Shown piece by piece: positions 36,810 to 51,400 of a DNA stretch of 64,000 nucleotides. Position numbers and translations under genes: made by a program. The notes beneath the pieces were generated by a model. The model saw only the letters and a program-made list of their open reading frames with translations, was not told the origin of the DNA and did not search any database. The stretch comes from Chrysemys picta bellii (Eukaryota), in NCBI RefSeq assembly GCF_011386835.1, contig NC_088797.1:101742001-101806000 (forward strand). Reading direction: 5' to 3'. Position 1 is the first letter of the stretch. Every line of letters begins with the position of its first letter.

Positions 36810-39189
36810 GTTTAAAACAGACTTTTTTATTAAAAGTTTACAATAATTTATGTATTTTACAAATGAATAGAAAGTCTTTCGATATATATCATATGAATCA
36901 CAATACAAAAATATGTGTAAAATTTTGTAGTTGATCAACATACAGTCCTATTTTAGGCCTGTCAATTACCATTTCAGCACTGAACCAAACATTACATATT
37001 TAGGATATGGTTATTAAGAGATTACATTAGAGAACACAAATAACTCACGGCATGTTTGCCATAGGAGAAAACATTTTATATAATTTATATTTTCCATAAA
37101 TTTACAATAGATCTTTTTATAAAATGTACAATAAATAAATACATGGTTTAATACACATATTCACAATATGATTTCCTGAGTCTAAACTAAATCCATTACT
37201 GTGCTAAAACACACTACCTATTGTAAGGTTTTAATGGTAACATTATAGATGCAAAGCAATTTGGCATCAATCCACCAAGAATGACTCTCAGGTATATTGT
37301 TTGTCTTAACTACAAGTGTTTGTGTTAACAAGCTGTGTAAGGCACTCAAGGATATACTGAAGGCTACAGATATTACTAGAGTTGAACACTTTAAATAACA
37401 GCCACAGTCCTTCAACAGCTTGAACAATAGGTATAGGCCTGAAATACACAAAATACAGGTGTCAACAAATTAAGCTGCAATTCAAATGGATTTTAGTTTA
37501 GACAATCAAAAACATTTGTGTTGCTATGCGCATGCTGTCTAATCAATCAATATAATTAGTGTTATCTAGACAGTGAACATTTATGACTACTTCAGTGTCT
37601 CTTCAGAATCTCTGCTATTATGAGTCAATGCATTTACACATAATTTTCAAATTCTCATAGGCAAAACTTACCTATCATAATATATTAATAACCAACCTAA
37701 TGTTATACTTCTTTTTATCTGGCCCTCAATCTTGTAATAATTTGAAAGTAACATGCAAGATTTGGGGTATGCTAAGAAAACACGTAGAAATGATGGTTTA
37801 GATTGTTCAACCCTTACTAACATTGGTGAAAACTTATTCACTGGAATAGCCCAATGAGACTTACTTGTGTGAGTAGTAAGTGCTCACCAGTGTAAGTAAT
37901 GGTTGTGCAAACTAGCCTTATCTTTTAATTTCCAAGTTTTTCATTTTTATATTAAATCTATATGAAAAAAAAAACTTTATTACAAAAACTTAGATTTAGG
38001 CTAATGCCCCACCCTGTAATCCTATATTTTTAGGATCAGATTTTAAAAAGGTGCACAAGACCCATAAAAGAAAAAGATAGCAACAATCACAGGATCTGAT
38101 ACTGCCATCCTTACATAATGGCTTCAATGACACTGCAATTGGAACAAAGTGTTATTCAACATATGTTAAGTTGGTAGAATCAGGCCCAAAATGATTTAAA
38201 GTTGACAGTGAAATAAAATCTGTGTTTAAAATATGTAGCACATATGTGAATGCAACATCTGTGTAAAAGAAATATTTTAAAAACATTCATTGAGCCATTT
38301 TTTCTTTTCTATGTACACAACATTTTTTTTTACATATAAACATTAACATCTCCATAAGTATCATCACTTATTTACATGCTTCTTTGTCCTGTACATTTAG
38401 CTTTTTTTAAAGTGGGGTTTAAGAATATTTAATTTGGGGATGGAGAGAAGGGGAACTGAATTCTAGACATATATACAACATGCAAAACCATGGCCCAAGT
38501 AAACAAAAAATAAATGTATTCAAGCCAGTTTCAAATATGCCTGCCTTTACATTCTAAACTCCTAACCAGTGCATCAAATATTACCATGCATATCCACACC
38601 AGTAGCAGCATTTGAATTCCTAAGCTTACCTGGAACATTAGGTCTGTATAGTCAGGCATTTAATTTAAGGCATTTTTATAGATGCCTGCATAGTACATTC
38701 CATTAAACTTTAATCCAACAATTTCTTATTTAGAGTTCAGTAACATCTCAGATAGAAAGCGGTTATATTATTATGTGTCATTCTAAGTAAATAAAATATT
38801 TAAAGACAACATATGTTTAAGTAGAATTAAATTGTACATTTAGGATTAAACAATATTGTAAGCATGAAATGCAAAGGTAAAACAATTAAATCAGCTATAC
38901 AAATCCCAATATTGGCATCTGTATCTTATCCAACTGGAATTAGTTGAATTACTTCTATAAATTGGTCATATTTTCATATCAAAACTCACACTTCTTGATT
39001 TAAAAGGTCTTGACACACTAACAAATGCAAATATAACATTTTGATGAGAAACACATTTCCTCTTCTTTCTTATTTCCCCTTCTTTTTGTATGGTTGCTTA
39101 AAATACATGTATCCAGTTCAGTTTGGCACTAGATGTGCCAGCTTCTGGAGGACTTTCTAGAATTTAAATTCTGAAGATTTTCTTCTTAG
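36810..39189 (-). other. Putative terminal exon / long 3' UTR of the upstream gene
   Basis: AT-rich, ends at AATAAA. Possible acceptor after the pyrimidine tract ...ctcttttgtgtttgttttctacac...ctgaag| at 39189. Confidence 0.35.
36826..36831 (-). terminator. Putative polyadenylation signal of the upstream same-strand gene (JAKMIP3 by synteny)
   Basis: AATAAA on the minus strand at the distal end of a roughly 2.4 kb very AT-rich, repeat-poor, UTR-like block. Gene identity is inferred only from JAKMIP3-DPYSL4 synteny. Confidence 0.45.
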
Positions 39190-39778
39190 CTTCAGTTATA
39201 GAATAAATGTATGGAAGCAGTGTAGAAAACAAACACAAAAAGAGATGCTCTTTCCAGCATGTAATGATAGTCCAAACTGTTTGGGTGTTTCTATTTCATG
39301 AGATTTAGTAGGTTGTATTAGATAGCTATCAGTTAAAACCAGTTAGAAATGGCTGCATCCACTTGCTGTTTTCTCACTGGAAGAAAATTGAAAGATAATG
39401 TAATGTAAAATTTTGAAGCTATATTGTGGACTTCTTCATGCAGTATACAATCAATTTTTTTATCCACAAAAGTAATTAACAAAATAACTAAAGCAAAAGG
39501 AAAATATTAAAGTGACTGTAAAAATGGCACACTTTATTTGACAGATCTAGTACCTGTTTTTATGTGGAGACCTATAAACTTGCTGTAGCAACAAAAATAA
39601 GTTTTTACTACTTTAAATCTATCAGCACTGCAGAACCAGTAAACTATGGGAGAATTAATTAGATTCTTCTCTGGTTTGTGCTTCATCAAAGGAAAGGTTA
39701 ACTAAGTTCCAATTATCAACCCAAATTGTGCCTTGACATTACATCTGTGCAGTCCCATTTAAAACAATGTAAAGATGT

Positions 39779-39800
39779 AAAAAAAAAAAAAAAAAAAAAA
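39779..39800 (+). repeat. Poly(A)22 homopolymer
   Basis: Direct read. Confidence 0.9.
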
Positions 39801-42800
39801 GTCAGTCGGATTGCACAGGTGTAACCCAGGGCAGATTTGCGACAGTGGAATATTTATTACTGGAGATAATGTACAAGCCAGAAAGAACATAATTCAGCTG
39901 CCAGTTTGAGTCTGATGGTCTGGCATCAAGAAAAAAGTCTTCTATACTAAGCATATTTTAGTGTGGAAATCACTGTTTGATTCTGCAAACACTTATACAT
40001 GTGCTTAACTCTACACACCATAATACCATTAACTTCAATGGGATTACTCACAATGTGTAAAATTAAGCATGTGCATAAGTGTTTGCAATTCTAACATACT
40101 TCCTTTATTTTCTTTTAACCTTTTCAAATGTTGACAAGTGTAAGTCGGGATTGGCAGTGGTACAAGTGTAGTGGAATTTTCATGAAAAATAAGAGGGAAA
40201 CGGGGTGATATAAAAATGGGAAACATGAGATGATGTAAGGTAAAGACTCAGGAGAAGGAGCCAATTATTGTTGAGAAGATCAGCCCTATGTTGAGTGGAT
40301 GGTTGTCAGACAACCATTTGGAGAAAGGGATGGAATGGAAATGTTAACAAAATCTTAGATAAGTTGAGGATGAAGTGCCAAACATTTTATGGCTTATTTA
40401 AACCTTTCAAAATTTCAGAATTTGAGATAGGATAACTTTTTAATGTACAGTAGCTCCTATGATGTAGAACCACTAGTGATATATAAATATAGCTACACAT
40501 TTGCTACTGTACAGCCATTGAGAACATCCAGTGGCTACTTCGTGGAGGATATATTTTCCTTCACCCATCAAGTTCATGCTAAACCATTGAAAAATACATC
40601 CTTGCATCCTAAGTAAAAAAGCCATTGCCAAGCACGAACACATTCAAAAATACACACTAAAATGTATTTAGTATATCATTCCTTGAAAATGCAAACATTG
40701 CTGAGCAGTCATATTAGCCTAAAAGGCTGTTAACCATGTCAAACATTGTGTATGACACTTTCCTGTCTCAAATATTAGATGTTCTTTCCTGAATCTGGCA
40801 TGTGTGGCGGTATGGTTAAGACAATGACAGTTGGAGGAACTATGAGTCTGACTGATTGCAATGATGATCCACCCTTAGGTCACTATTATAGTGTGTTTGG
40901 TTTTGGTTTTTTGTTACCCATTGGATGTTAGAATAATAAAGCTTGTAAGTTGATGAAACAGCATTGTATAAGTGGATTACAGGCAAGTCTTCTTTCTCTT
41001 GTATACATATTATGCTGTATATGTGTTGCTTAGGCCTAGTATCCATCTCTGTCTTTGATATAAGCTGTGTGATGCTTTGGGAGATGTCATGAGTGGTCAG
41101 CTTAGAGAGCACATTGGTAAAGGGTGAAGCATTGTGAGTGAGGTGAATATTTCCTTAGAGATGTTGACGTGGCACAATTGGCTGAACTTCCTAATAGTAT
41201 ATGGGCGCTAGATGGCCCCCTTATCAGAGACTAAAGGAGCAAAAACTCACTGAGATGAATCTAGCAGAATTTTCTAGAACTCATCTCCACTAGGTTTTGT
41301 AACCTTGCAGATCAGGAAGCGAGCAGAGGCCTCCTAACTCTGTGGTTCAAGGCTATTTGTGGGGAAGTGATGCATAAGCAATTAATATAAATACACAGTA
41401 CTGTAGGGATCCCTGAAGAGATAAGATTTTGAGAAGGATTTAACTGAGGAGACAGTAGTGACTTGGTGGCCAAAGTAGGGAGTGGGGCTCCATCTGTAAT
41501 GGATGGCACAGAAAAACACATTGAGAGATTGGTAAAAAAACAAAAACAAATACAGCTGGCATCAAGGCTAACATACTTTTGGAGCAGAAGGGGTGGGAGG
41601 GTGACATGCTATGGGAAATTACGTCTGCACATTCGTTTCCTTTCTGTTAATAGCATTTTTTGCAACAAAGCATGGGGTATGATTAAGGATGTGCTGTAAA
41701 ACAGATCCTTTCCTTAGGTTTGCCAATGCATTTTGTGACTGATGTTTAATTTGTTTGATTGTAAGCTACTCAGGGAAGGGATCATATCTTGTACAATAAC
41801 AAGCACAATATTCAGGATTAACACATAATAAGTAAGCTCGAGATTCGAATTTCAATGAAGCTAGTACTCAACAGGAGTGAGAGGGGCTGAACTGAGACCT
41901 AAATAAATGAATAATAGTAAAATGCAACAGAAAATTGTGAAATGTTTGTAAGTGCTGTAGAGGCTAAACAACTAACTATATATTAAACTTGAAAAAATAA
42001 AGATATTACAAATTGATTGAACCGTAATCATATTTTTATGAAAACGTAGAGATACATGACTATGTCCATAGTAGTTACTATGACCCCCGCTATGATTGCT
42101 GGGATCTCAGTAACTGTACCTATTTTGAAAGTACAGTCAGTGAGCACTATCTCAATTGCTGGCCAGCACCTACACCATGAAAAAAGCAGTAGTACAGTAT
42201 CATGTTGACTTCCAGTTACTCCAGGGCATAAAGGAGATGGAATTCTTGTTGTCTGTTGTGGCACCAGGAATTATTATGGTTGTATATTAGATCAAGAGAT
42301 GGTGAGCTTTATCTGCTCTTGCAGCATGTTCTAAAGGCTTTCATTCTTTAAGTTCTGTGAGTTGTAAGGGTTGTTTTTTGGGGGGTTTCTTTTATTGGTC
42401 AGTTTCAGGAAAGACATTAAAATTGAAAACTTTTTGTGGTATGTCAGCTAGAGCAGGCAATATCTCTGCACCCCGAGGTGGATTTTAAACACATTTGTGG
42501 TGCGATTTATTTTAAAACAAAAGCAATTTGTGAAAAATGTCCTGACCCTTTAAAGGCCAAACATGAATTCAACACAGCTTCTCTCACCAAAGGCCAGGAA
42601 AGGTACAAGGCATGGTTTGCTTTAGCCAAGTCAAATACATATGTGTGGCTAAGTTCAACAAAGCTCCAGAGAGAGAGAGGAATTCCCCCTTTTCCCCCTC
42701 AGCCCCGCTCCAGCCAATTTTCCATTCCTCCTTGTAAAGATCCTTCCTCCAGGATTCTCACCAGCAGACTAAATCCCCAGCTCCCCAGAGCTGCCCTAGT

Positions 42801-43052
42801 CCTGCTATCCTGCAGCCATTGTAGGCAACTTCATTTCTGTAGAGGGAAAGGGTAACTAACCCCTTCCTAGCCAGTCTCTGGACAGGATTTATATAGCATA
42901 TGACATGGTAAAAAAACAAAAAGAAAAATAAGCAATCCCTAAAAAGATACAGAACTCAGAGAAATACAAAATGAATAAAGGTGGCTATTAATCATCACTT
43001 TCCTGTCTAAACTACTGGCACTCTAATCCAAACACCACCATGCTACTTAGAG

Positions 43053-43755
43053 CAGTGGCTTTCAAACCGACCAGGCCTTTAAAAGTCCCGTTGGCGGTGC
43101 TGCCTGGTTAAGGCAGGCTAGTTCCTACCTGTTCTGACACCGCGCTGCATCCCAGAAGCGGCCAGCAGCAGATCCGACTCCTAGGCAGGGGTGCCACGGG
43201 GCTCCACGCACTGCCCCCCGGCCTGAGCAGCCAATGGGAGCTGGCAGGGTCAATGCTTGCAGGCAACCGACACGCGGAGCCGCTTGCGCACCTCTGCCTA
43301 GGAACTGGACCTGCTGCTGGCCTCTTCCTGGGCACAGCACTGTCCATGGTGCCAGGAGAGGTGCCTGCCTTAGCCCCCCACTGTGCCACTGACTGGGAGC
43401 CACCTGAGGTAACCCCGTGCCCCATCCCCATGCCCGAATCCGCTGCCCCAGCCCTGAGCCCCTTCCTGCACCACAAACCCCTCATCCCTGGCCCCACCCC
43501 AGTGCCTGCATCCCCAGCCCAGAGCCCTGACCCCCTCCTGCACCCCAACCCCCTGCCCCAGCCCAGAGCATCCTTCCACACCCTGAACTCTTCATTCCCA
43601 GCCCCACCCCACAGCCCTCATCCCGCACCCCAACCCTCTGCCCCAGCCATGAGATCCTCCAACACCCGAAAACCCTCATCCCCAGGTCCGTTGGGTCGCG
43701 GGCATCAACAATTTTCTTCAAATGGGTTGTCAGAAAAAAAGTTTGAAAACCACTG
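43053..43755. mobile_element. hAT-Charlie-type non-autonomous transposon, 703 bp
   Basis: TIRs cagtggctttcaaac / gtttgaaaaccactg; perfect 8-bp TSD acttagag; internal C-rich degenerate repeat tract. Confidence 0.9.
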
Positions 43756-45279
43756 ACTTAGAGGACCTAATAACAAAGAGAAGCAGGAAGCGCCAGAGGT
43801 GGAGTCAAGATAATTGAAGTAATTCTACATAAAGCCAAATGATATAATTAACTGTGTTCACTGAGGACCATGTCCATACCAATTGAAGTGTCATCCTTCT
43901 GCTGTTTTGTGCTAACTTTTCTATGGAAGTGACTAGAGGATTTTTTGTTTATTCATTTTAAATGTTATTGTTTTCATCCCCGTTCAATTCAAAAACAGCT
44001 GAGGGGATTTTTGCTAAAATTTAATACACACACAAAAATCACCTTCCAAGCATGGAAAAATTCACCTGAAGAGGTGATTTTTTCAGAAGGTTCTAATTAT
44101 ACGAAAAAAGAATTTATCATGGAAAGTTTTTCAAAAATGAGGATAGTAGCAGAACAATGACAACTCTGTAAATGAGCTCTTGTTATTGATGACTCATTAC
44201 GATATCATTTAAAAATCAACCTTAAAATGGGAGTGATCAAAGATTATGGATAATAATTCACATTGAAAATGAACCATTGACTTAAATCGGTCAGTTATCA
44301 TATTACTGCATATCCCACTACGAATACTGTAATTCAAGGGCATATATAGGATAGCTAAAGGGATTTACTAGCAGTTTGCTTAAACACATCTCCCTGAGCT
44401 GAAAATCACATTTCACATGATCATGCCTTTAGTATTCTTCTAGTAGAAGGACAGGAGGATAATGGTTAATGGATAAGACCATTCCCAATTGACACTCAGC
44501 AGATGGTCCATCTGTCCTTACAGCCAACGTTGAACCAGGCATTAGTAGCATAAGCCACCATATGGCTTAGAGAAACAGACACTGTTAGCACTGCAAGTGG
44601 GTTATTTTATTATTCTTTGGGGAAAATAGGATGAAGTTTATATTGAAGACTGTAATGTCATTAAAACTTACATTGAGCAGCTGAATTAATGCTTTCCAGT
44701 ACTTTATTCTGCTTCTTTAGATATATAATTTTCATTTGGTTAGTTTTTCAAAGGAAGAAATGATTTGCACCAACTCAATTGTGTGATGCTGTTATCCTAG
44801 GCTAACAAAGAAAGTTAAAGAAAGGTAAAAACAAGTAATAGGAATGCTAGGTGAAATGTTGGAAACAGTGGAAATAAGCAATCACAGGGTAGTTTATTGA
44901 TGGGAATTACAACTGCAAAATAATGTCATCTTCTCTCTGATCTAAGTGGAAGGTATGAGACAGCTGCCAGAAACAGACATACTTTTCTCAGGGGAGGAAG
45001 AAAAAAAATTCAGAATGAAGTTAGGATGATGTCCCAACAGATAATTAAAAAACTGCTGTCATCAGCTGACTAAAAAACAAAAAACAAATCCCCTCAGTGA
45101 CTAGACAGGATCTATCCTGTGTGAAAGCCATAAGATAAATTCTTTCAGATATACTGAAAACCTCACTGGAGACAGGACAGGAGGGAAGGACTTATTGAAT
45201 TAGTAAGAAATTCACCTAAAGAAGGGTTCTAAAGGACTATGAAGCTGGAGTGCAAGTATGAAAAATACATCAGGGAGAG

Positions 45280-45470
45280 AATAAAGTTACACCTAGAACA
45301 TTTTGATTTAATTATAGTTAGTATGGATTCACATTAAGGCATCACAAAGTAAGAAAAATATTTTGAAGAAATAACTAAGAGATAACCAGGTGAAATCCAT
45401 GTATGGACTTAATTTAGCTGGATAGCTGGATAACATTTTGATATACTGCCATACCAAATATTACTCTATC
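45280..45470 (+). mobile_element. Decayed CR1 ORF2 fragment
   Basis: Remnant motifs YGFT, FEEITK and FDILPYQIL resemble CR1 RT motifs QHGF, FEKVT and FDTVPH. Confidence 0.4.
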
Positions 45471-48400
45471 TGGTGAGTTAGCAAGAGAGTGAACTCCTTA
45501 AAAGGCTAGACACCCCAAAACAAACCCAGTATCATAACTGGCATTAACTAGCAATTTTAACAGCGGTCTCAGCAAAGAGACAAAGGATGGAATAAGCACA
45601 GAGATTAAACAACCTTTTAACAGCTGGAGGTAATCTATCCAGAACTGGATCGAGGCTTATTTCTGGACAGTGAGCAAAATAAGTGACTTCTGGCTCCAGA
45701 ACCTGTCAATCTAATACTTTTCATGAGCTGAATTCACTTAAATACTGTTTCAAACCCAATGTCACATGACATAACAGCTATTGTGTAGGACTGGAAGAGC
45801 CTACACAGAATTCATGACCCCTTTCACCATGAATGTTTGTTCCTATTGCTACCGCTTGGCCTCACATTTGGTATCACCCAGTGTAGCTTTCTTCGGCTTT
45901 GTTCATGAAATGTCTTTGAAATTAAAATGCTAATTGAAAGCCTGAGAAAAGACCCTCAGCTGTATAGCAACTACTAATCAATTTCACTGTTAATCACTGA
46001 CTATAAACTATTCATCACAATGTTTGCTGTGAATTAAGTAATTCTAACAATGAGACATTCAGCCCAAGCAGGGTTCATCCTTCCTGAGAGAAAAGCAACG
46101 GACTACGAAGATTATAAGAGTATGAAACATAAAAAGAGATGGAACCCAGTAGCTGCCTTATCCCTAGATACAGAAGAGGCAATCAATCAATGAGAGGGGG
46201 ATTATTTATTATATACAATTGGAAACTATGGCTTTAGAGAAATATTATAGAAATAATACAAACACCATGGTTTCAGTTCTACTCCTTTTGACGTAAGTAG
46301 GACTTTTGCTGTTAACTTCAATAGAAAAAGTCTCAGGTCCTATCTTCCCAATCTTCAGTCCTGGCAAGAACGAAGACACTGAATTCCATTATAAAGGAAA
46401 ACCAGACAAGGCTGCCTATTTATAACCCTCCTAATTGCCCTATCGCTAGCAACTTATACAGTGTCGTTGAAAACCAAAAAGTGAAAGGAGTCAATTTATA
46501 ACATGTATGACTCACATTTTATCACATGTAGATAAGCTATTGCTCATTTTACATAGGGGAGGAGTCATCAACAACATGAGAAGAGGAAGAATTATGTGGG
46601 GAGAGGAATATGTCCATTTACACCACTTGAAAATCTGGCCACATAGTTATGTGTGTTTTAAAGCTTGTAGAAGCTATGACCACAGCCCATCCACAGGAGG
46701 CATTTCCCTTATCCTCTTTTTGAGGCTTTGCTATTACTAATATCTGTCTATTTGAGCCTTCTGAGCACCAGAAGACTATTCACACGCTTAAAGTTAAGCC
46801 CATAATTAAATGCTTTGCTGGATTGGTGCCCAATTAAACAAACCAAAGCTATAGAAAATTAAGAAACTGCCCTGGGGCATCATCCTGTTCAGGTCTAAAA
46901 CACAATTGATTACTAATGGCAAATATTTTTCAGATTTAAGAGCTCTGAGCTACATTCCATCCCTTGATGTTTACGTGTGACCTGATGAAATTAGTGTCTG
47001 TGCATGCATTCTCAAGAGCAGAATTTGGTTCACTTTTTCTTTTTTATTAAAAACTTTAATTTGCCCATTACTTAATCTTATGGTGAAATAAGGGGCCAGA
47101 CAAGGTGAAGTAAATGGGCCCAGCTATTGCGGATTTGGTCTAAGATTTTTCTAGAGAAAATAAATCTTTCACACCTTTATAAACACTAATGAGTAGAGCA
47201 CTTTCTGCATCTCAGGCATACGAGCTGGACCACAGAAAATCTAGGGAGAGGAACTGAAAGACTGAAACACTATTATATGGATATTCTACAGAGGGCATCT
47301 ATAGTCAGGGAAAAAAAATATTCCTCTGATATTTACACAAAATGAGTATTGGATAGCTCTGATGTCAGAGAGGTTTAACTATATTCCATTTTTGAAATAT
47401 AGCTAATGGCATCATAGAAAAAATATATAGGTCATTGGCAGTAGAACTTCTTTGAGATAGGAATGGGCTGCGCCGAAAGCAAGCGATTTTCAGGGGGATA
47501 TTTTTTACAATAGAAAACTATTTGGACTGTGTTGTAGCCCCATCCTTTCATGATCCCACCCTCTAGAGAGGTTTTTTCTTTTGATCATATACATTAAGGG
47601 ATAGATTGACCTTCAGAGCTCAGCCCCGAGCACAGAGTGGGGTATACCTGTGTCACCCAGGAGGTGATCTGGAGCTTCTCCTGTTTCCTGTTGCTCTTTG
47701 GGGGAAGAGGAGGGCACTTAGTAGGTTACTACAACCTCTTCTGAGGTGCAACTTACTCCCTCCTATCTTTGACTGCCAGCTCTGCTGGATGACACATGGG
47801 GAGTAGAGCCATGGAACTACTTGTTCCCCACTCACTCATGGGTGGGGGGATGAGTACTGGACACATCACTCTTGCTCTTCCCCTTGGACTCCAGCCACAG
47901 TTGGAGAAAATCCTACATGGACATGCAGTGGGTAAGGTTCATGGCCTTACTCCCTTGCACTGCTATGTAGGACCAGGGCACAATCTTGTTCTAAATATTG
48001 CACATTTAAACTAACATAAGTATATGCTTGTAGTAGCAGGGGCCAGATATGATATGGCTGCAGACTGTCTTGTATATTTTGGCCAATGCTGCACTAAAGT
48101 AAATAAATGAATAACTAAGCCAGAGTTATGTATCTTCTAAATAGTGTCTGTTAATATTTACTCTCATAAATAAGGTGTTTAGGATGAAATTGTCAAAAGC
48201 ACCTACACTTGGCCTAACTGCTCTCATTAAAGACAATGATGAAACTCCCAATAACTTCAGTGGGTGCAAAATTAGTCCAATGAGGAGCATTTTTGAATTT
48301 ATTTAGTTTATAACAAAATCAGATACTGATCCTGTAGATTATAATGATAACGTTCCCATTGCCTTCAGTCAGAGGTTTGTATAGTCTAAATCAGATGGAG

Positions 48401-51400
48401 AGGGGAGAGTTTGCATATCTGTAAATGAGAGCAGAATTTGGTCCTATGGAAGTCGGAAATCAAAGATTATGGATAGACCAAAATATAGCACATCAAACCA
48501 AACCAACTCTGCAGATACTGAAAATGATTTTGTCATGAAAATTTCTGCAATTCAGAGCTTGCAGATTGACATATGTGGAGATTGAAATCCTCTGCTAATT
48601 CCCAAAACAAAAATAGTTTAAAAAAGCAGTTAAGGATGCTATGTGATAATATCAGTTACAAAACCCAAACAGCTAAGAGCAAGGCAATCAGTAATTAAGG
48701 ACATAATAGATCTTATGTTACCCACATAATGAACTAACATTATTCTTCTCAAATATAAAGAAAGGTATCATCACAACACAACTCTCTTAAATCTCCACTG
48801 AATTGGTGTTTGGAATGTATTTTTATTATCTTGACTTTGGTATTTAAATATTTTCTTTTAAGGGATACTGTTACATGAAAAATATCAGTGAATATGTTTA
48901 TCAATTTATAGTGTTTTTTTGGTAAATTACTTATAATTGTTGCTGCTTGAAAATATTTTTATATTTCTTTCAATAGGAAAATACTATTACATTATCAATT
49001 AATCTCGTAAATACTTTCACACATGGCTACTGACATTGAAGTCAATGAGACAACTTGTGCATAAAAGTTTACCATTCACATGCATACCTGTAGGACCAGA
49101 GTTTAAATGTCAAATGCAAGCTCCGAACCCCATTGAAGTCAGTCTATTTTTCTCATATATAGTTGGCACACTAATTTAAAAAGGAGATTTAATACTAATG
49201 GAGTGCCATCAAATTCAACAGGGCTCTACATGGGGACAAGTTTCTGCCACTCACATTAGATTGCAGAATCGGGGGTATGGAGCTTTATAATGAAAGCCAC
49301 TTGCCTCTCTGTAATCCACAGATGAGATACTGATGTAGATGAGAGGGCAGTTTTGTCTCCAGGTTCAATCACTGTGCACTTTGCCGAGATTACTAATAAG
49401 GGTGATCATGAAGATATCTGCTTTTTGACTATTGTTATTCAGTCAGCCTTAAGGCTTTATACCATAAATGGACCCATCTATAAATGAAGACAATAAATTT
49501 CAACTCCTTTGGGTTTCTGAAATGAGCAAAACCATCAGGAAAAGTATAGCTGCAAAATGACATAGGTCCTTGCAGCATCGTTAAACCTACCTGCCTCTTT
49601 TTAATAGTGTCTTGAGAAAATCTAATGCAGACATGCTATAAAAATACTTTCAGTAAGATGACATAATGCTGATTCATTGATGCTCATCAGTAGCATTTTT
49701 AACAGCGATTTTTGTTCTATTAACATTGATTTAAAAAAAAAGTTAAAATCGTTCAGTAATTAACACTGCATATCATTAATTTTTTTTAGAAAGGGAGCAT
49801 GTAACATTTTCTTTTAAAGAATATTTTTAGCAGTCATACTACTTATAATCCTGTCTTGCAGTGATGCAAGATGGAACAGAAAAAAGAATTGTGGCTAAAA
49901 CTGTTGGAGGATCATACATCATCAAAACAGCAGCAATATAACAATATGGTTTTGGATTGTTATGCTTGTACCAAAGCATGAGTCACTGGATCTGTTCATC
50001 TTCATCATGTTTCATTCCAAGAATAATGGCTAATTCTGTATTGAGACAGCAATTTTGCAGCTTAGAAAACACTGGCCCAAATTCATCCCTGTTGTAACTC
50101 CCCTGAAGTCAGTGGTATTATATCAGGGGTAAATCTGGACTACTATGTATGCTTAACAGGAATACTCAGAAAGTCTGTGTCAAACCACAGTCACGGTTAA
50201 CAATCCTAAAGTAGGGTTATGGTGAGAAAAGAACTGGAACTTTCAGCAATCATTATAATCACTTTGCTAATTATGCTTGGGTTTCTCGTCCCTCCTTTGC
50301 CATCAGTCTGCATCTGATCTGGCTCCTTGTTGAGCTGGCCCCTTATAGCTAAAGGCCATATTTGCAGTTCAAAGAAGGAGATGGCTCAATTTCAGGTAGC
50401 TAGCTGATACCTAGCAGGCTTGTGATTTACTAGATGATATGAGGTCCCACACAGACACAAACTGGTCAAGGATCCCACCCACTCAAACTGGGGAATCTAT
50501 GGCTATGAGCTTCATGAATACTCAAGAAGTGGCCATCAGGGCTTAATGAGAATAACTCAGCCTTTCTAGGAAAAAAATCAGGGGCAAGGTCTTTCTATTC
50601 AGTCTGGTTTATCTTTCACCTTCCTTTTTCTCACCAGCTGCTCATCTTCAGCTTTCTTCCATATTTTGCTCAATTTTGAGACAATTCCCCACCACCCCAG
50701 GTATTGGACTCAAAATTTCATTGAATTTTGTTGAGACATTTCACAGTATCTCAGATGCCATTACCCCATAACCAAAATTCCATGGTGATGGATCAATTGA
50801 AATACTCTACATATGGACTGCAAAAATGATAAATGGAAGCTTATTATGCAATATTTTTAAATCAAAATGAATAACCAACACAATATTTTTGAACATTTTT
50901 ATGGGTGCTGATTGTTATGATGTGGTGAGTCATTATAATGGGGGCTTCATTCCTTTTTGGAATGAAATCAGTTTGGAATGAATTATAGATTTTTTAGAAG
51001 AAAAAAAATCTGCTAGGAAACAAAGATATTGGCTTTGTAATGGTATTTGGGAAAGGTAATGGTATTGTGTATAGAAAGCAATTTATGATGTTACTTCACA
51101 ATTTATTGTATATTTCTGGTAATATGTAGAATACATTACATTAGTCTGTTTCCTCAGCAAAGAAAAAGTAGTTTAAATGTTTATCTATTATAATTATTGA
51201 GGTTGTGGGGCTTTTATGAGTCTCTATAATCAATTCTTAACTTCTCTGCTCTACAGAAACATCCATTTTTAATGTATGTGCAATATGTACCTGTAGCACA
51301 CATGGCTGCCTATGCGGCCCCAATCCAAAGGGCATTCAAGTCTAACTGCACAGAGTTTTGACAGATAGCACAAAATGAATATTACATTTTGACATGCTAA

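Noticed and set aside
43108-43756. ORFs of 157-167 aa
   Set aside because: Lie wholly inside a TSD-flanked non-autonomous hAT element with a C-rich tract; no transposase motifs.
49960-50060. Possible minus-strand exon after ttttctaag| (LQNCCLNTELAIILGMKHDEDEQIQ* or TAKLLSQYRISHYSWNET*)
   Set aside because: The acceptor lies next to a MITE-like repeat end and the frame is ambiguous; too weak to list.
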